DNA of 64,000 nucleotides from Veleropilina oligotropha (Eukaryota): NCBI GenBank assembly GCA_048128005.1, contig JBEUKZ010000111.1, positions 1 to 64,000 of the forward strand, read 5' to 3'. Shown piece by piece: positions 27,462 to 39,896 of this stretch (position 1 is its first letter; each line of letters starts with the position of its first letter). The notes under the pieces were generated by a model. It saw only the letters and a program-made list of their open reading frames with translations, ran no database searches and was not told where the DNA came from. The position numbers and the translations under genes were made by a program.

Positions 27462-29277
27462 TGAAGTGTAGTGTTGTGGCGGACCGAACGTTGCCCACGA
27501 ACCAACAAAATACTGACACTAAACAGTCAATGAACTCCACCAACACTGTGGCGGAATGAACGGTAAAATACAAACAAGTGACAAGGGTTGCCACTAACTT
27601 TCGCGAATCGAGCGGTCAACCAACAGACCACCGTAGCCTCAAGCAGCACCATCGTCAAGTCAAACTCAACCAACACGCGATTACGCAATCACGCGCACAT
27701 TGTAGTAGCGGGCCTCAATTGTCGATCACGTAGACAACAGTCTGCAGTATATAAATGCCGTAAAATCTTGCATCATAATCTTCAACCACGACAAGTACCT
27801 GCAGCAAAACTACCCGTCGGCGGATACACTACAAGACATGCACCAACGTTGTCCAACAACGACCGTTCTACTTCCGGTCCTATAGCTAGGTTGTTAGAAC
27901 CAACCCAAAGAGGGAAAAGCTGATATTGCAAATCTTGCGTATTTAGCATTGAAGTGGTACAGCAACTCCACATAATATAGCGTTCATGTCCTCAAACGCA
28001 CCGTGATCACAAGATCCTTTAATATATAACCAGAGCCGTCATATCATAAATATTAAATAATACATCCCCGCGTAATGAATACAAACAGAAATGAGCAAAA
28101 CGCACTCATGAATTAACTCTATCGTTTGCAATTAAATTAACTCATCGAAAGAAAGTAAATAACGTTACCATGGAAACTGAAGCAAGTTATCTCGCTAAAC
28201 GAAAATGTCACAAGGCGTTAAAGATAAAGTATCAGTGAACCATTTCAATAATGTACAACACTAACATGGAGTTTATACTACAACATAATTTATCGCGAAT
28301 GCACAGGAAATACAATCTTCTCGCAGTGATCAAACTTTAACCTTGAACGATGCAAGTACTTCAATAATGTTCTTAGTAGCTGGTAATAGCACTTCACGAC
28401 CAACACGAAGCATCGTTCCGCATAAGGTCCACGCGGAGGTTCCGCAACTTTCTCAGGATAATTCACATCACGAAACAAGAGACTATATTATAGTATATAA
28501 TATTATTATGATATTTCTAAACGACATATTTTAAACTAATGCTAGATATTAAATACAACTTTAGATGTTAAATTCAAGAGGATGCTAGTAATTAAAAGTC
28601 ACGTTTATAAAGATTCGTTTGCCAACTAGTGAAAAGTTAACTTACATAATCGAAATATACGGCGGATAGGAACAGAAATACAACACAAGACGTTACATCG
28701 GATTCACTCAACTTACATGGCCAACAAATATACGACGAGACAAGACGAAAGCCCTCCCTTGCGAGGCGTCGGACAGGAGCAACACAGGTGTAGGGCCAGA
28801 AGGAAAGAGAGGAGGAGGAGGAATTATGCTTAATGTCCTGTATATTTATAACATCGAGGTTCAAGGCAGGACATGTCCGTGTTATCGCGGGAGGAAACCC
28901 CGGTCGCCGGGTAAACCCGCCCTCTTCGGCCAGTCACGGACAACTGTGCTTCATAACTTGAACAAATGTGTGCTGCCTCAGCCGGGGGTCGATCCCACTA
29001 CTGTTCGCGTCAGCGGAAACAAGCCAGTGAAGTTAGAGTGGACACTCTACCCACTGCGCTACCGAAGCGGCCTGGGAAAGAGAGAGATCGATTTCACTTC
29101 CAGCATAGCGTTATATAAAGAATAATTTTGCATAACTAAAGGCAAACGTTGTTTGCGGAATCGCACGATTTGACAGTTTAATATCAGGTGACTACAATTA
29201 AACCATTACCAAATTCACAACAGTGTACGGAAGGCGCTTAAGGCCATACATATATTTAAAGGTGTCGAAACTAAATC
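27462..29277. mobile_element. Unclassified non-coding 1.8-kb insertion (possible solo LTR) inside the LINE endonuclease
   Basis: Flanked by GCGACA direct repeat (27456-27461, 29278-29283); removing it rejoins the reading frame ..IIMYCVAKNKKCKRHSGG. Confidence 0.7.
28812..29074 (-). mobile_element. tRNA-derived SINE with V-domain-like core
   Basis: Minus strand: A-box TAGCGCAGTGG, B-box-like GGATCGACCCC, core GGGTTTACCCGGCGACCGGGTTTCCTCCC, (CCT)n tail; 10-bp TSD GGAAAGAGAG at 28802-28811 and 29075-29084. Confidence 0.8.
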
Positions 29278-29865
29278 GCGACACAGTACATAATTATTTA
29301 TATTGTATAGTTGTAGAGCTCATTTGTCCACGTTTCTGTTAAACATAATTTATCATGCTGTTGTAAAATAATTTTAAAATCAGGATTATCAATCATATTA
29401 ACTAATCCCCCATTAATATTCCAAATACCTATGCGAGTTGATATGTCAACCAGTGGAGATCTGTCGTATTCGGTTGATCGATTGCACACAGGGACTTCAC
29501 GCACCAGCCTTCCGTCGCAGATGAGCTTCGCTGGGTACACGATTGAGGCACGCTTGCCATCTCGCTTCAATTGTTTTAGCTGAGGAAAAAGTTGCTGGCG
29601 TGCTTCGCGAATTTATTTTGGGAAGTCTTCGCTAATTCAGACTGAATGGTTTGTTTGTCAGTTCTTTGCCACGTGATCTTACCAACTCTTTATCTTGGTG
29701 GAAAACAAAACCGGCAACAAATGGTCTCGGCTTGCTATTGTCTGTTGGTGTTTCATCTTTCCAATCCTGTGCACTCTGTGAAATTTCACATGCGGTCCGA
29801 AATCGTATTCCCTATTTAGTTCATTATAAATGAATTCACGCACTGTCCTTTCATAGTTTCCATCT

Positions 29866-30852
29866 TGTAGAGGCCAACTTGTAACTTTGTATTTCCCGCA
29901 TTGCGACTTCAGTTCTTATCTCTTCTAATTTGGTAAGTTAATCGTAAACAATATTGTCATGAATGCACATGGTTTATTCTATACATATTAACCTTGCAAC
30001 TAGCTGTGCTTACATGCTAATGCGGACCAGTTTTAGCATGATTTATTTGTTGGCCTAGATTATCATGGCACCGACCAGTTAGCGACACCACATATGCCAA
30101 TACTCGACCTATATACCGTTTCTACTGGAGTTGACATTTATGCATTATCTATATTTAGCCAATGCGAGAACCCTATAATAATTATGTAGAATCATTTGTG
30201 TGTATATGCTATAGCCGCACTGTGTAATTTGATATTTGGTTTGTTTATTATGTTATGTTGGAGAGCTTGGCCGGCGAACTCGTGTGTACTTTCTGCTGTC
30301 TGGTTGAAACCAATATTAGCAGTTCGTTAGATAGACATGTATCAGAACATTGTTATGCAATATCATGTCTATTATTCTGTAGTTAGAGATATTTGAGCGA
30401 TATTTGTCAAATAATAACTAGAAGCTATGCCCAAATTTATGTTAATCAAGGGAGATAACTCGTGTATGACTATCAGAAGTGTGTAATCAAGGGAGAAAAC
30501 TCATGCGTGACTATTGTTAATTTACCACGAATTATTTCCCCTTCACCATTGAACAATGCGACTATAGATGTATTATTTGGAATAACTATGTCTAGAATAT
30601 AAACGAGACACACATTAATTCTCCATGTTAATTACTGAGCTTAAGTATTCAATGTTTTTGCTCTAGTTAATGTTATACTGAACAGTAAAGGTAATGCAGA
30701 TATCTACATCAATTGATGAATGTTTTATGCATTTAACCTTAAGAATTTAAGTGTGCTTGTACTTATGTATTTTATTTTTGTTGTTTCAGTAAATCGTATT
30801 AATAAACACTTCCTGGGATACGCATTGACAATTGGATTTATTGGACAGCACA
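29866..30852 (+). repeat. 5' LTR of BEL element
   Basis: TGTAGAGGCC...GGACAGCACA; nearly identical to 36611-37700 apart from a 100-bp indel. Confidence 0.93.
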
Positions 30853-30886
30853 ACATTTACAAATTAGAATCAAGAGCGCAGCAGCC

Positions 30887-33800
30887 ATGCAGACGGATAA
30901 GCCCATCGATGGAGCTGAAGCAGCCCAACGCCGGAGTGAACGAGAAAGGACCCTGACTGAAAAAAGGTCATCGTATAACTTCGAAACAAAACAAAAGGAG
31001 AGGCTACGTCGCATGAAGTCATTGAGAGAGCTTAGCGATAAGGTCAGCGAACTGTTGACGAAAACTCGTGATACATCATTCGTAAAGACCGAATATACGA
31101 AATGGTTGTCGTATTTCGAAGACTTGTTGTTAACACACCAAGCATGTCTGAGTCTATTGACAACCAGCGATGATAGACTTGCGGACGATGAAGAATTCCT
31201 GCAAAGAAGTGGGTATTTTAGAACTTTTAAGCAATCAGTTGAGGAGTGGTTTTCCAAACACTATGTACTATCAACAGTGAGTGAAAAAGACCGTAATTCC
31301 AGCGTGATTACGACAAGCACAAAGGCGTCAAGTCATTTATCGATCGCAAAAATGAAGGAACGCCAACGTAAGGTCGAGTTGCTGGCTAGGGCGTCGGCAC
31401 TAGCAGAGAATCAGGTGATCGAGGCGGCCAAGCTTAAGCTGAAAATAAAGGAAGAAGAGTTCGAGATTAAGACAGAATTGCAAGTTAGTGACGCTAGAAC
31501 CAAAGTCCTTGAAGAACTCGAAAGAGAAGAGGCGTCAGTTCGGGATCAACAGTTGGACGATATATTTAGCACCCAAGGCGAAACAGTTGGAAAACACCAT
31601 ATGGAGCCACCAACGACTTCGGAGTCAAGGACGCTTAACTTTAACATGTCTGGTTATGGTGACCAACATGAAGGTACCATGCACACGTATAGAGCAACGG
31701 CCACAACTGGCAATATCGATCAGTTGTATGTTGATGCAGTTCGTTCAACAAATCTTCCAGAAGATAATTACCCTCTGTCTGCAGAGAGAAATATTCCGCC
31801 CAGTGATTATCGTCGTCCTCCAAACCCATCTTACTTCGAGCCTTATCGGGCTCCAGTGTTTCATAGTGCCGATACTCGAATACTGAACGATGTTGATACA
31901 GGGCTACGCACGGTAGCACGCGAACTAAATAAACCCAAGGCGGACATACAGAAGTTCGATGGAAACCCCATGGACTATAATAGGTTCCTCAGACAGTTTG
32001 ATGCCAGAATAAGTGCAAACACAGATTCCTATGATGAACGTATCAACTTCCTCATGCAATATACTATGGGAGAGGCATACAAAATTGTGCCAGGTTACTC
32101 CCATTTGGATGCAAAAGTTGGTTATATGGCAGCATTGGAGGAATTCAGAGAACGTTACGGCGACCCTGAGACAGTGGCGCAGGCATACGTGAAGAAAGCA
32201 TTGGAGTGGCCAATCGTGAAGCAGGATAGTGCTAAGGCATTAGATGATTACGCGATCTTCCTAAGAGAGTGTCAGTACGCGGTTGAAAGTGTGGAAGCAG
32301 CTAGAGTGTTAGAGTATTCTGAAAATTTGAAACTGCTAGTGAAGAAGCTACCATACTTCCTGCATGAAAAATGGCGAAATATCGTATACGACATTAAAGA
32401 GGGAAAGCAAGTGGTGAGGTTTCAGCACCTCGTCACATTCGTTCGTAAAGAGGCGAAGAAGGCGATCGATCCCATATATGGAAAGGAGGTTATGAACACT
32501 CCAAACACAACGACTAGACAGTCAAACAAATTCACTGGACCACGCAAACATTTTGCAACTACAGCTACTGAATCGAAATGTGAGCATCTTGAAAGTATGC
32601 AAGGCAGCCAAGAACCTGCAAAAACGACTGGAACTGCATTCACAAAACCATGTCTCTTTTGTCAAGGCTCTTTCCATTCGTTGGACACATGCAGGGGTAT
32701 AGCGAAACAACCGCTTACAGATCGGTACGCTTTCCTGAAGTCAAAGGGATTGTGTTTTGCATGCCTGAAATCTGGTCATCGGAAAGGTGATTGTCGGCAG
32801 AAGTCATCATGCAATCACTGTAAGAAGCCACATCCGTCCGTTCTTCACTTGGAGTTTCAATCCAAGCAGGGAAGTGAACGTCAAGATAATCCCATAGTAG
32901 TTACGTCTTCTGCTACTAGTATGGGGGCTGGGAATATCGTGCATCAAGCATTACCTATCGTGCCAGTTAGATTGAAATGCAGAAGCAGTGACCAGTATGT
33001 TGAAACGTATGCTTTTCTCGATTCAGGAAGCACCGCAACATTCTGTTCAGAAGACATCATGAGGGCGCTAAAGATAGAAGGCAAGAAAATCAAACTGAAC
33101 TTACTCACCATGGGACAGGAAAAGGTTCAAAGCAGCTACGTGGTGTCTGGTTTAGAAGTTACCGCCCTGAGTGGTGAAAATGCACTGGTTTTGCCGCCTG
33201 TCTTCACTCAGCCAACCCTGCCCGTGTCGAGGAAGGACGTGACTTCGTCAAAGGACATTCAGAAGTGGCCTCATCTACGTGATATATCATTGGAGAGCAT
33301 TGATAGTGGTGTTGACTTACTTATAGGGGTCAATGTTCCAAAGGCAATGGAACCATGGGATGTTATTCCCAGCGTTAAAGATGGTCCTTTCGCAGTGAAA
33401 ACCATGCTAGGGTGGGTTGTTAATGGGCCACTTGGTGTTGCCCCGACAAACCATGTGTCCAGCAGATTCGTTTCGGTCAACCGCATTGATGCAAGATCCG
33501 TTCCGAGCCTAGAAGAACAGATCTGTAATCAGTTCAACTACGATTTCAACGAGAGAACAATCGATGACGTTCCTGAGCCATCTAAGCAAGACAGACATTT
33601 CCTCGACGTTGTGTCAAAATCGTTGACAGTACAGGATGGTCATTACATGCTCGCCTTGCCGTTCAAATCAGAAAACGTCAGTATGCCAAATAACAGAAAG
33701 CAAGCAGAGCAAAGACTGGCATCAATTGCTAGACGACTGGAGCGGGACGAGGTATTCCGTAGCGAGTATAGCAATTTTATGGACAAGGTCATCAATGCGG

Positions 33801-34030
33801 GCTACGCGCAGAAGGTTCCGCTTGAGAAATTGCAGCAAGATGATGGACGTGTGTGGTATCTTCCCCATCATGGTGTGTATCACCCAAGAAAGAAGAAGCT
33901 GCGAGTTGTGTTCGATTGTGCAGCGAGATACGGAGGGACGTCGTTAAACGACCAACTACTGCAAGGGCCCAACCTCACTAACACGCTCGTTGGTACCTTG
34001 ATTAGATTCAGACAAGAAGACATCGCATGA
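30887..34030 (+). CDS. gag-pol: BEL/Pao gag-protease-RT(N) polyprotein, first segment (1047 aa, ends at frameshift)
   Basis: Gag FDGNP motif, three Cys/His knuckles (CLFC..H..C, CFAC..H..C, CNHC..H..LH), aspartic protease FLDSGS, RT entry WYLPHHGV..KLRVVFD..SLND.L.QGP. Confidence 0.9.
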   Translation: MQTDKPIDGAEAAQRRSERERTLTEKRSSYNFETKQKERLRRMKSLRELSDKVSELLTKTRDTSFVKTEYTKWLSYFEDLLLTHQACLSLLTTSDDRLADDEEFLQRSGYFRTFKQSVEEWFSKHYVLSTVSEKDRNSSVITTSTKASSHLSIAKMKERQRKVELLARASALAENQVIEAAKLKLKIKEEEFEIKTELQVSDARTKVLEELEREEASVRDQQLDDIFSTQGETVGKHHMEPPTTSESRTLNFNMSGYGDQHEGTMHTYRATATTGNIDQLYVDAVRSTNLPEDNYPLSAERNIPPSDYRRPPNPSYFEPYRAPVFHSADTRILNDVDTGLRTVARELNKPKADIQKFDGNPMDYNRFLRQFDARISANTDSYDERINFLMQYTMGEAYKIVPGYSHLDAKVGYMAALEEFRERYGDPETVAQAYVKKALEWPIVKQDSAKALDDYAIFLRECQYAVESVEAARVLEYSENLKLLVKKLPYFLHEKWRNIVYDIKEGKQVVRFQHLVTFVRKEAKKAIDPIYGKEVMNTPNTTTRQSNKFTGPRKHFATTATESKCEHLESMQGSQEPAKTTGTAFTKPCLFCQGSFHSLDTCRGIAKQPLTDRYAFLKSKGLCFACLKSGHRKGDCRQKSSCNHCKKPHPSVLHLEFQSKQGSERQDNPIVVTSSATSMGAGNIVHQALPIVPVRLKCRSSDQYVETYAFLDSGSTATFCSEDIMRALKIEGKKIKLNLLTMGQEKVQSSYVVSGLEVTALSGENALVLPPVFTQPTLPVSRKDVTSSKDIQKWPHLRDISLESIDSGVDLLIGVNVPKAMEPWDVIPSVKDGPFAVKTMLGWVVNGPLGVAPTNHVSSRFVSVNRIDARSVPSLEEQICNQFNYDFNERTIDDVPEPSKQDRHFLDVVSKSLTVQDGHYMLALPFKSENVSMPNNRKQAEQRLASIARRLERDEVFRSEYSNFMDKVINAGYAQKVPLEKLQQDDGRVWYLPHHGVYHPRKKKLRVVFDCAARYGGTSLNDQLLQGPNLTNTLVGTLIRFRQEDIA

Positions 34031-36467
34031 TGGGAGATATCGACAGCATGTTCTACCAGGTTCGTGTACCCCCTGAAGATGCAAGTTTCCTTAGATTTAT
34101 GTGGTGGGAAAATGGAGACATCAGCAAGCAGGTGATAGAATACCAGATGGTCGTCCACATTTTTGGCGCAACATCATCGCCAAGTTGCGCAAACTTTGCA
34201 CTTCGACAAACTGCACAAGATTGCAAGGGACATTTCAATGATGAGGTTATCAATACTATCTTGAAGAATTTTTATGTGGATGATTGCCTCAAGTCTGTAA
34301 GAACCGTGAACGACGCCATGTCTTTGGTGAAAGATATGCAAGCAGTCTTGAATAAAGGTGGATTTCATATTGCAAAATGGATCAGCAACAGCAGAGAAGT
34401 CATGAGTTCCATTCCGGCTTCAGAGAGAGCAAAGGAGGTCATGGACTTGGATCTGGATCAAGATATTCTACCTATCGAACGGGTTCTTGGAGTTCAGTGG
34501 TGTGTGGAATCGGATGTTTTTCGCTTCAAGATAGTCATCAAGGAACAACCACTTACCAGGAGGGGAATTCTGTCCATGGTCAGCAGTGTATATGATACAA
34601 TTGGATTTTTGGCTCCATTCATGCTCAAGGCGAAGATTATACTTCAGGAACTGTGTAGGCTTCGACTCGGATGGGATGAGAAGATTCCAGAGATGTTTTC
34701 GAATCAGTGGTGCCTATGGCTTCAGGATCTTCACAAGCTTTCTGACTTCAAGGTGGAAAGGTGCATGAAACCGAATGCTTTCGGAGAAGTAACATCGGCG
34801 CAGCTGCATCACTTTGCAGATGCAAGCGAAACCGGATATGGTACAGTATCTTATCTGCGTTTGGAGAATGCAGAAGGTAAGGTTCATTGCTCTTTCATCA
34901 TGGGCAAATCTCGGGTGACACCATTGAAGCAAACGACTATCCCTCGGTTGGAGTTAACTGCAGCCACAGTGGCAGTCAGAACCGACAAGATGTTGAAGAA
35001 CGAGTTGGATGTAGCCATTCATCGCACAGTTTTCTGGACGGACAGCATGGCCGTATTGCGATATATTCGAAATTCTACTTCGAGGTTTCACACATTCGTA
35101 GCGAATAGGCTCGCCGTAATACACGAAGGATCGTCGCCAGCAGAATGGCACTACGTCAACACAAAGATAAATCCGGCAGATCTTGCTTCCACAGGCCTAC
35201 CTGCTGATACTTTCCTTCAAAGGAGAGAATGGATCGCAGCACCATAATTCTTATGGGAAGCAGAAGAAAAGTGGCCGGTAGAACACAATGTGGTCTCTGA
35301 ATGTGTTTTCGGCGAAGATCCAGAAATAAAGAACGTTGCCGTACGAGCGATCATATCGAGCCTGCCTACCCCAGAAACGGACGAAGATGGTGTTAACAAA
35401 CTGATTAATCATCACTCGTCTTGGTTCACATTGAAGAGGAGTGTCGCTTGGATCCTCAAGGTACGCAGAGAATTGCTTCGACAAGTTCGCTTCAAGGGAA
35501 CCAAAGTCGACTACAGTGGAAGAGCGAGATGTGACCATGAAACGTCACGAGGCAAAGTTGATTCATGTGAATCGAAGCGCATATCAGTTCAGGACATGAA
35601 TGATGCAGAGAGCGCAATATTGGGCTTCGTTCAGGGCCAGGTATTTGCTGCTGAAATAGAAGCACTCGAGAAAGGACAATCTTGCGTGAAACGCAGTAGC
35701 TTCATCAGGAAGCTCGATCCTGTCATGGATAATGGACTCTTGCGCGTAGGAGGTCATTTGCACAGATCGAGCATGCCTGCCGAGAGCAAGCACCCAGTCA
35801 TCCTGAACGTGAACTTGCAGAAGCAATTAGGAGTTGGAATATGTTGCAGATTCACGACTCGACGCTTCAGAGAAATGTAGACTGGCAGTTCAACCCGCCA
35901 GCCGGATCTCACCATGGTGGAGTGTGGGAGAGGATGATCAGAATGGTGCGAAAGGTCATGAACAGCGTTCTGAGAGAGCAGACGCTAGATGATGAAGGTC
36001 TTCACACGCTCATGTGTGAGATTGAGTCAACAATCAACGATCGCCCGATTACGAATATTTCGGACCAGCATGGTGATTTGGAGGCTCTGACTCCCAATCA
36101 TCTACTTACGATGAAGCGTAAACCGAACTTACCTCCAGGAGTATTCGACAGGAACGACAACTATTGCAAGCGTCGTTGGAATCAAGTACAGTACATGGCG
36201 AACCTGTTCTGGCAACGCTGGGTGCACGAGTACTTGCCACTTCTACAAGAATGACAAAAGTGGCACGAGGAAAGGAGGAATTTAAAGGTCGGTGATGTTT
36301 TTCTGGTGGTGGATGCGAACGCTCCTCGAAATTCTTGGCCTATGGGTTTAGTCATCGAGACGATACCAGATCGAAAGGGATTCGTACGTCAAGTGAAGGT
36401 AAAGACGTCGACGAGCACACTGGTGCGACCCATCAACAAACTGTGCACCATACTGGAAATGGATTAA
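34027..36467 (+). pseudogene. pol: BEL pol remainder (RT, RNase H, partial integrase)
   Basis: FGATSSP, FYVDD, FADAS, TIPRLEL, WTDS, GGVWERMIR, LTPNHLL, VRPINKL. Premature stops at 35245-35247 and 36252-36254; integrase N-terminal half missing at ~35805. Confidence 0.9.
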
Positions 36468-36610
36468 AGTGAAGGACTTTGTTCCTGATATATATTTTGT
36501 GTATTTAGATCATCATTATATTGATCACGTCATGCATTGAATTTATTATATTAGAGTAAGTAGATTACTTGTAATTGTGTCTAGATTCGCGCCACAATTA
36601 GGGGCTGGGA

Positions 36611-37700
36611 TGTAGAGGCCAACTTGTAACTTTGTATTTCCCGCATTGCCACTTCAGTTCTTATCTCTTAATTGTCAAACCGAGGCTACTACATGTGCTC
36701 AGTCAGGCCGCGAGGCAGGTGCTCTTGTGTTTGGAATGTGCTGAATTCGTGAATTATATGAAAATACTTCTAATTTGGTAAGTTAATCGTAAACAATATT
36801 GTCATGAATGCACATGGTTTATTCTATACATATTAACCTTGCAACTAGCTGTGCTTACATGCTAATGCGGACCAGTTTTAGCATGATTTATTTGTTGGCC
36901 TAGATTATCATGGCACCGACCAGTTAGCGACACCACATATGCCAATACTCGACCTATATACCGTTTCTACTGGAGTTGACATTTATGCATTATCTATATT
37001 TAGCCAATGCGAGAACCCTATAATAATTATGTAGAATCATTTGTGTGTATATGCTATAGCCGCACTGTGTAATTTGATATTTGGTTTGTTAATGTTATGT
37101 TGGAGAGCTTGGCCGGCGAACTCGTGTGTACTTTCTGCTGTCTGGTTGAAACCAATATTAGCAGTTCGTTAGATAGACATGTATCAGAACATTGTTATGC
37201 AATATCATGTCTATTATTCTGTAGTTAGAGATATTTGGGCGATATTTGTCAAATAATAACCTAGAAGCTATGCCCAAATTTATGTTAATCAAGGGAGATA
37301 ACTCGTGTATGACTATCAGAAGTGTGTAATCAAGGGAGAAAACTCATGCGTGACTATTGTTAATTTACCACGAATTATTTCCCCTTCACCATTGAACACT
37401 GTAATGCGACTATAGATGTATTATTTGGAATAACTATGTCTAGAATATAAACGAGACACACATTAATTCTCCATGTTAATTACTGAGCTTAAGTATTCAA
37501 TGTTTTTGCTCTAGTTAATGTTATACTGAACAGTAAAGGTAATGCAGATATCTACATCAATTGATGAATGTTTTATGCATTTAACCTTAAGAATTTAAGT
37601 GTGCTTGTACTTATGTATTTTATTTTTGTTGTTTCAGTAAATCGTATTAATAAACACTTCCTGGGATACGCATTGACAATTGGATTTATTGGACAGCACA
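36611..37700 (+). repeat. 3' LTR of BEL element
   Basis: Follows the PPT, ends CA before TSD CATCT, and carries an extra 100 bp (36670-36769). Confidence 0.93.
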
Positions 37701-39896
37701 CATCTTTATTTTCAGGTATACCCATAAAAATGAGATTATTCCTCCTTGATCGTGGCTCTTGGTCGATTGCACGAGATTCCAGTCGTTTTATATCGGATTT
37801 TAATTCATGCATTTCCTTTGTGGTATTTTCCATTGATTATTCGTTTTTGTGAATTTTCCCCTGTGTAATTTTCCTTTCTTTATCAATCATATCGAATTGG
37901 TCGCTCATAAAACTTATACTTGTCTCCTGTTTGTCGTAGTTTTCCTTTACGATTGATACAGTGGCTTCTATCTGACCCATTCTAGCCATGACTCTTGATA
38001 ACGTTGACTCAATTTCGTCTAATTTGGACAGTTTCCTCTCGATGTTCGTTAGTTTTGTCAGTATGCCCGCCATAGGGTTAGGAACTATGTTCTCATACAT
38101 TTCTCCCTGTGGGGTACAGGTTGGCTGTTGTTGCAACATGATAGCATATACACGGCTGTCCGTTACGCGTATTCAGTGGAGCATATTGAGGTGAAGCCAT
38201 ATTACTATTGTTGTGATGTTCGTTATTGGTCGGTGTCGCCATTGTTGGTTGTTGTTTACTATTGACATTGGGTTGTTTGCTGGTCATCTGTCCTTGATTG
38301 CTTTTTTCCTGGTGATTTCTTCTTCTTCTTCTTCGGTGGCTGGGTTGAGTCACACATTTGTCATATTTAGGCATTACAAAAGTTTACCCGATTGTACATT
38401 TACTAGAGGTATTTACGTTTTTGTAGGAGCTCACTTTTTAGCATCCCTACTGCAGATTCAAGAGAACATGGCGTATGTAGGCCTACACGTAATCTTCTTT
38501 GCAGAATGTTCTATCCAACGTCACATGACCCTTAATTATCATCCATCTGATTGGTGAATGACTAAATGTCAAAAACTATTTCAAACTGGACTTCGAACAA
38601 CCTGTTTTTGATTTCATGTATCGTCACTTTTTGGATCAGTATAATAAGACTTGTTGTTTCAGGGACCGGCCGAACAAGTTATAACCCTGGAACAAGGACG
38701 TGTACCGGATTTTGATTTAGGGGGGGGGGGGGGGTGCTCAATTGTAATACGTTAATATACTGTGAGGTCAGCTTTAATTACCTCTCTCCTATCGAACTTC
38801 GGGCTATGCTTGAATCCATCCGTATATCCGGATCTCTGATCAATGTTTAGCGTTCATTTCCTTTTACAACAAATTATTTGCATCAAGTTAAATAAATAAA
38901 CTCTTTGACTAACAGATAGAGCAAGCCATGAAACGCAGCTAGTAGACTTAGGATTCCATTTGCCGATTGATTTCGCGATTGGGATTGCATTTTCGTTTAC
39001 TGTGGGCTCCGTTTGCGGTTTCGTTTACAATGAGTTTTCAGTGATTCCATAGAACGTAGGAGTGTGGTTGTTTACATTCAGCAACCATGGCAACCAGTAC
39101 AGATGATCGAGGTATTGCCTACATTACTGTCATGTCTTCATTTTCAATAGGCTATTTGCCCACACTTTTTTCCCGCGAATTCATGTAGTCGGCACTTTTG
39201 AGATCAAAATGTTAATTTGCATGTATGATACCGAACCTTTCCACAACTTCTGCTCTCAAAACACGTGACATAATGCGTATGCGGTAGATAACACACTGCG
39301 ACATGAGCGCTATATACAAAACAAGCCAAGCGAGAGCGAGGCTGTTATATGTGTATATCGCCGAGGGTTGACAGCTGTATTATATGTTGTAAACACCCGG
39401 AGATCTAATGTAAATTGCAAGCCTTCACCCCTTAAAACATTCAATTGCCCAAATGTAACGCGCTCATGGGGTAATATGAAAAATTGACTCTTTCATTGGC
39501 AAGTTTTGAAATCCATTGTCACTCAAATTAGTTTGGACAATGAGCTGAGTGGCCCATTGTAGCTGAGTTAACCCATTGTCTGGGTTGTTAAGTGGAACAA
39601 TGCGGTAATAACAGTCGGAGGCCTATTCTTCAAATAACCACCCCATGGTGTGTAAAAGCAAATACAATCCTCATCCGATCTCTATACATCAGCTCATGCA
39701 GCACTGGCCAACATGAGGGAATTCGTCGGGGATGGGGACTTCCAGACAAATGGAACCTATACTTTAAGCTAGGATTCCATTTGCCGGTTGCGTTTACGGT
39801 TAGGTTTTGTGCACATTTACAGGCGTGTTGTCAAGCAGTCAACCAGCATATGTGCTACAGTAGTAGTAGTAGGGTCTCTTGAGGGTCAGATTAGGG

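Larger units (their letters stand above)
24250..29460 (-). pseudogene. LINE ORF2 (APE endonuclease + reverse transcriptase), frameshifted and split by a 1.8-kb insertion
   Basis: ORF fragments 26966-27461, 26517-26798, 25620-26066, 25153-25389 and 24969-25316 carry APE/RT-region sequence; the APE N-terminus (IGIWNINGG..LTETW) is at ~29320-29440. Confidence 0.85.
29866..37700 (+). mobile_element. BEL/Pao LTR retrotransposon with both LTRs, coding region defective
   Basis: TG..CA LTRs of ~1 kb, 5-bp TSD CATCT (29861-29865, 37701-37705), PPT AGGGGCTGGGA ending at 36610, BEL-type gag-pol. Confidence 0.95.
29470..38374 (-). pseudogene. LINE ORF1 (coiled coil + L1-transposase-like RRM/CTD) split by the BEL element
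   Basis: N-part 37706-38374 (coiled coil, RSRRNNLIFMGIPENK) joins in frame across the TSD to ..DGNYERTVREFI..FHRVHRIG (from 29865 leftward) and, after frameshifts, ..EDFP..ASIVYPAKLICDG. Confidence 0.8.
24140..38480 (-). mobile_element. Decayed non-LTR retrotransposon (RTEX/CR1-L2-group-like; clade uncertain), interrupted by two insertions
   Basis: Collinear minus-strand pieces: ORF1 coiled coil and RSRRNNLIFMGIPE; APE endonuclease (WNING, LTETW, GDFNAR); RT (NYRGITLL, QFGF, FVDFKKA, GVRQGESLSP, LFADD, YLG); C-terminal C..C..EDEYH..CP knuckle; AATAAA at 24148-24153. Ends approximate. Confidence 0.85.

Noticed and set aside
27588..27923. 111-aa ORF inside the 1.8-kb insertion
   Set aside because: Non-ATG start, biased composition and no recognisable domain.
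30720..30956. Hydrophobic ORF duplicated at 37568-37852 (env-like or membrane gene)
   Set aside because: It is the AT-rich LTR 3' end read through into flanking sequence; duplication reflects the two LTRs.
31488..35826. Many 60-140-aa alternative-frame and antisense ORFs over BEL gag-pol (likewise over polB, MCP and int)
   Set aside because: Shadow ORFs of long coding regions with no motifs or expression signals.
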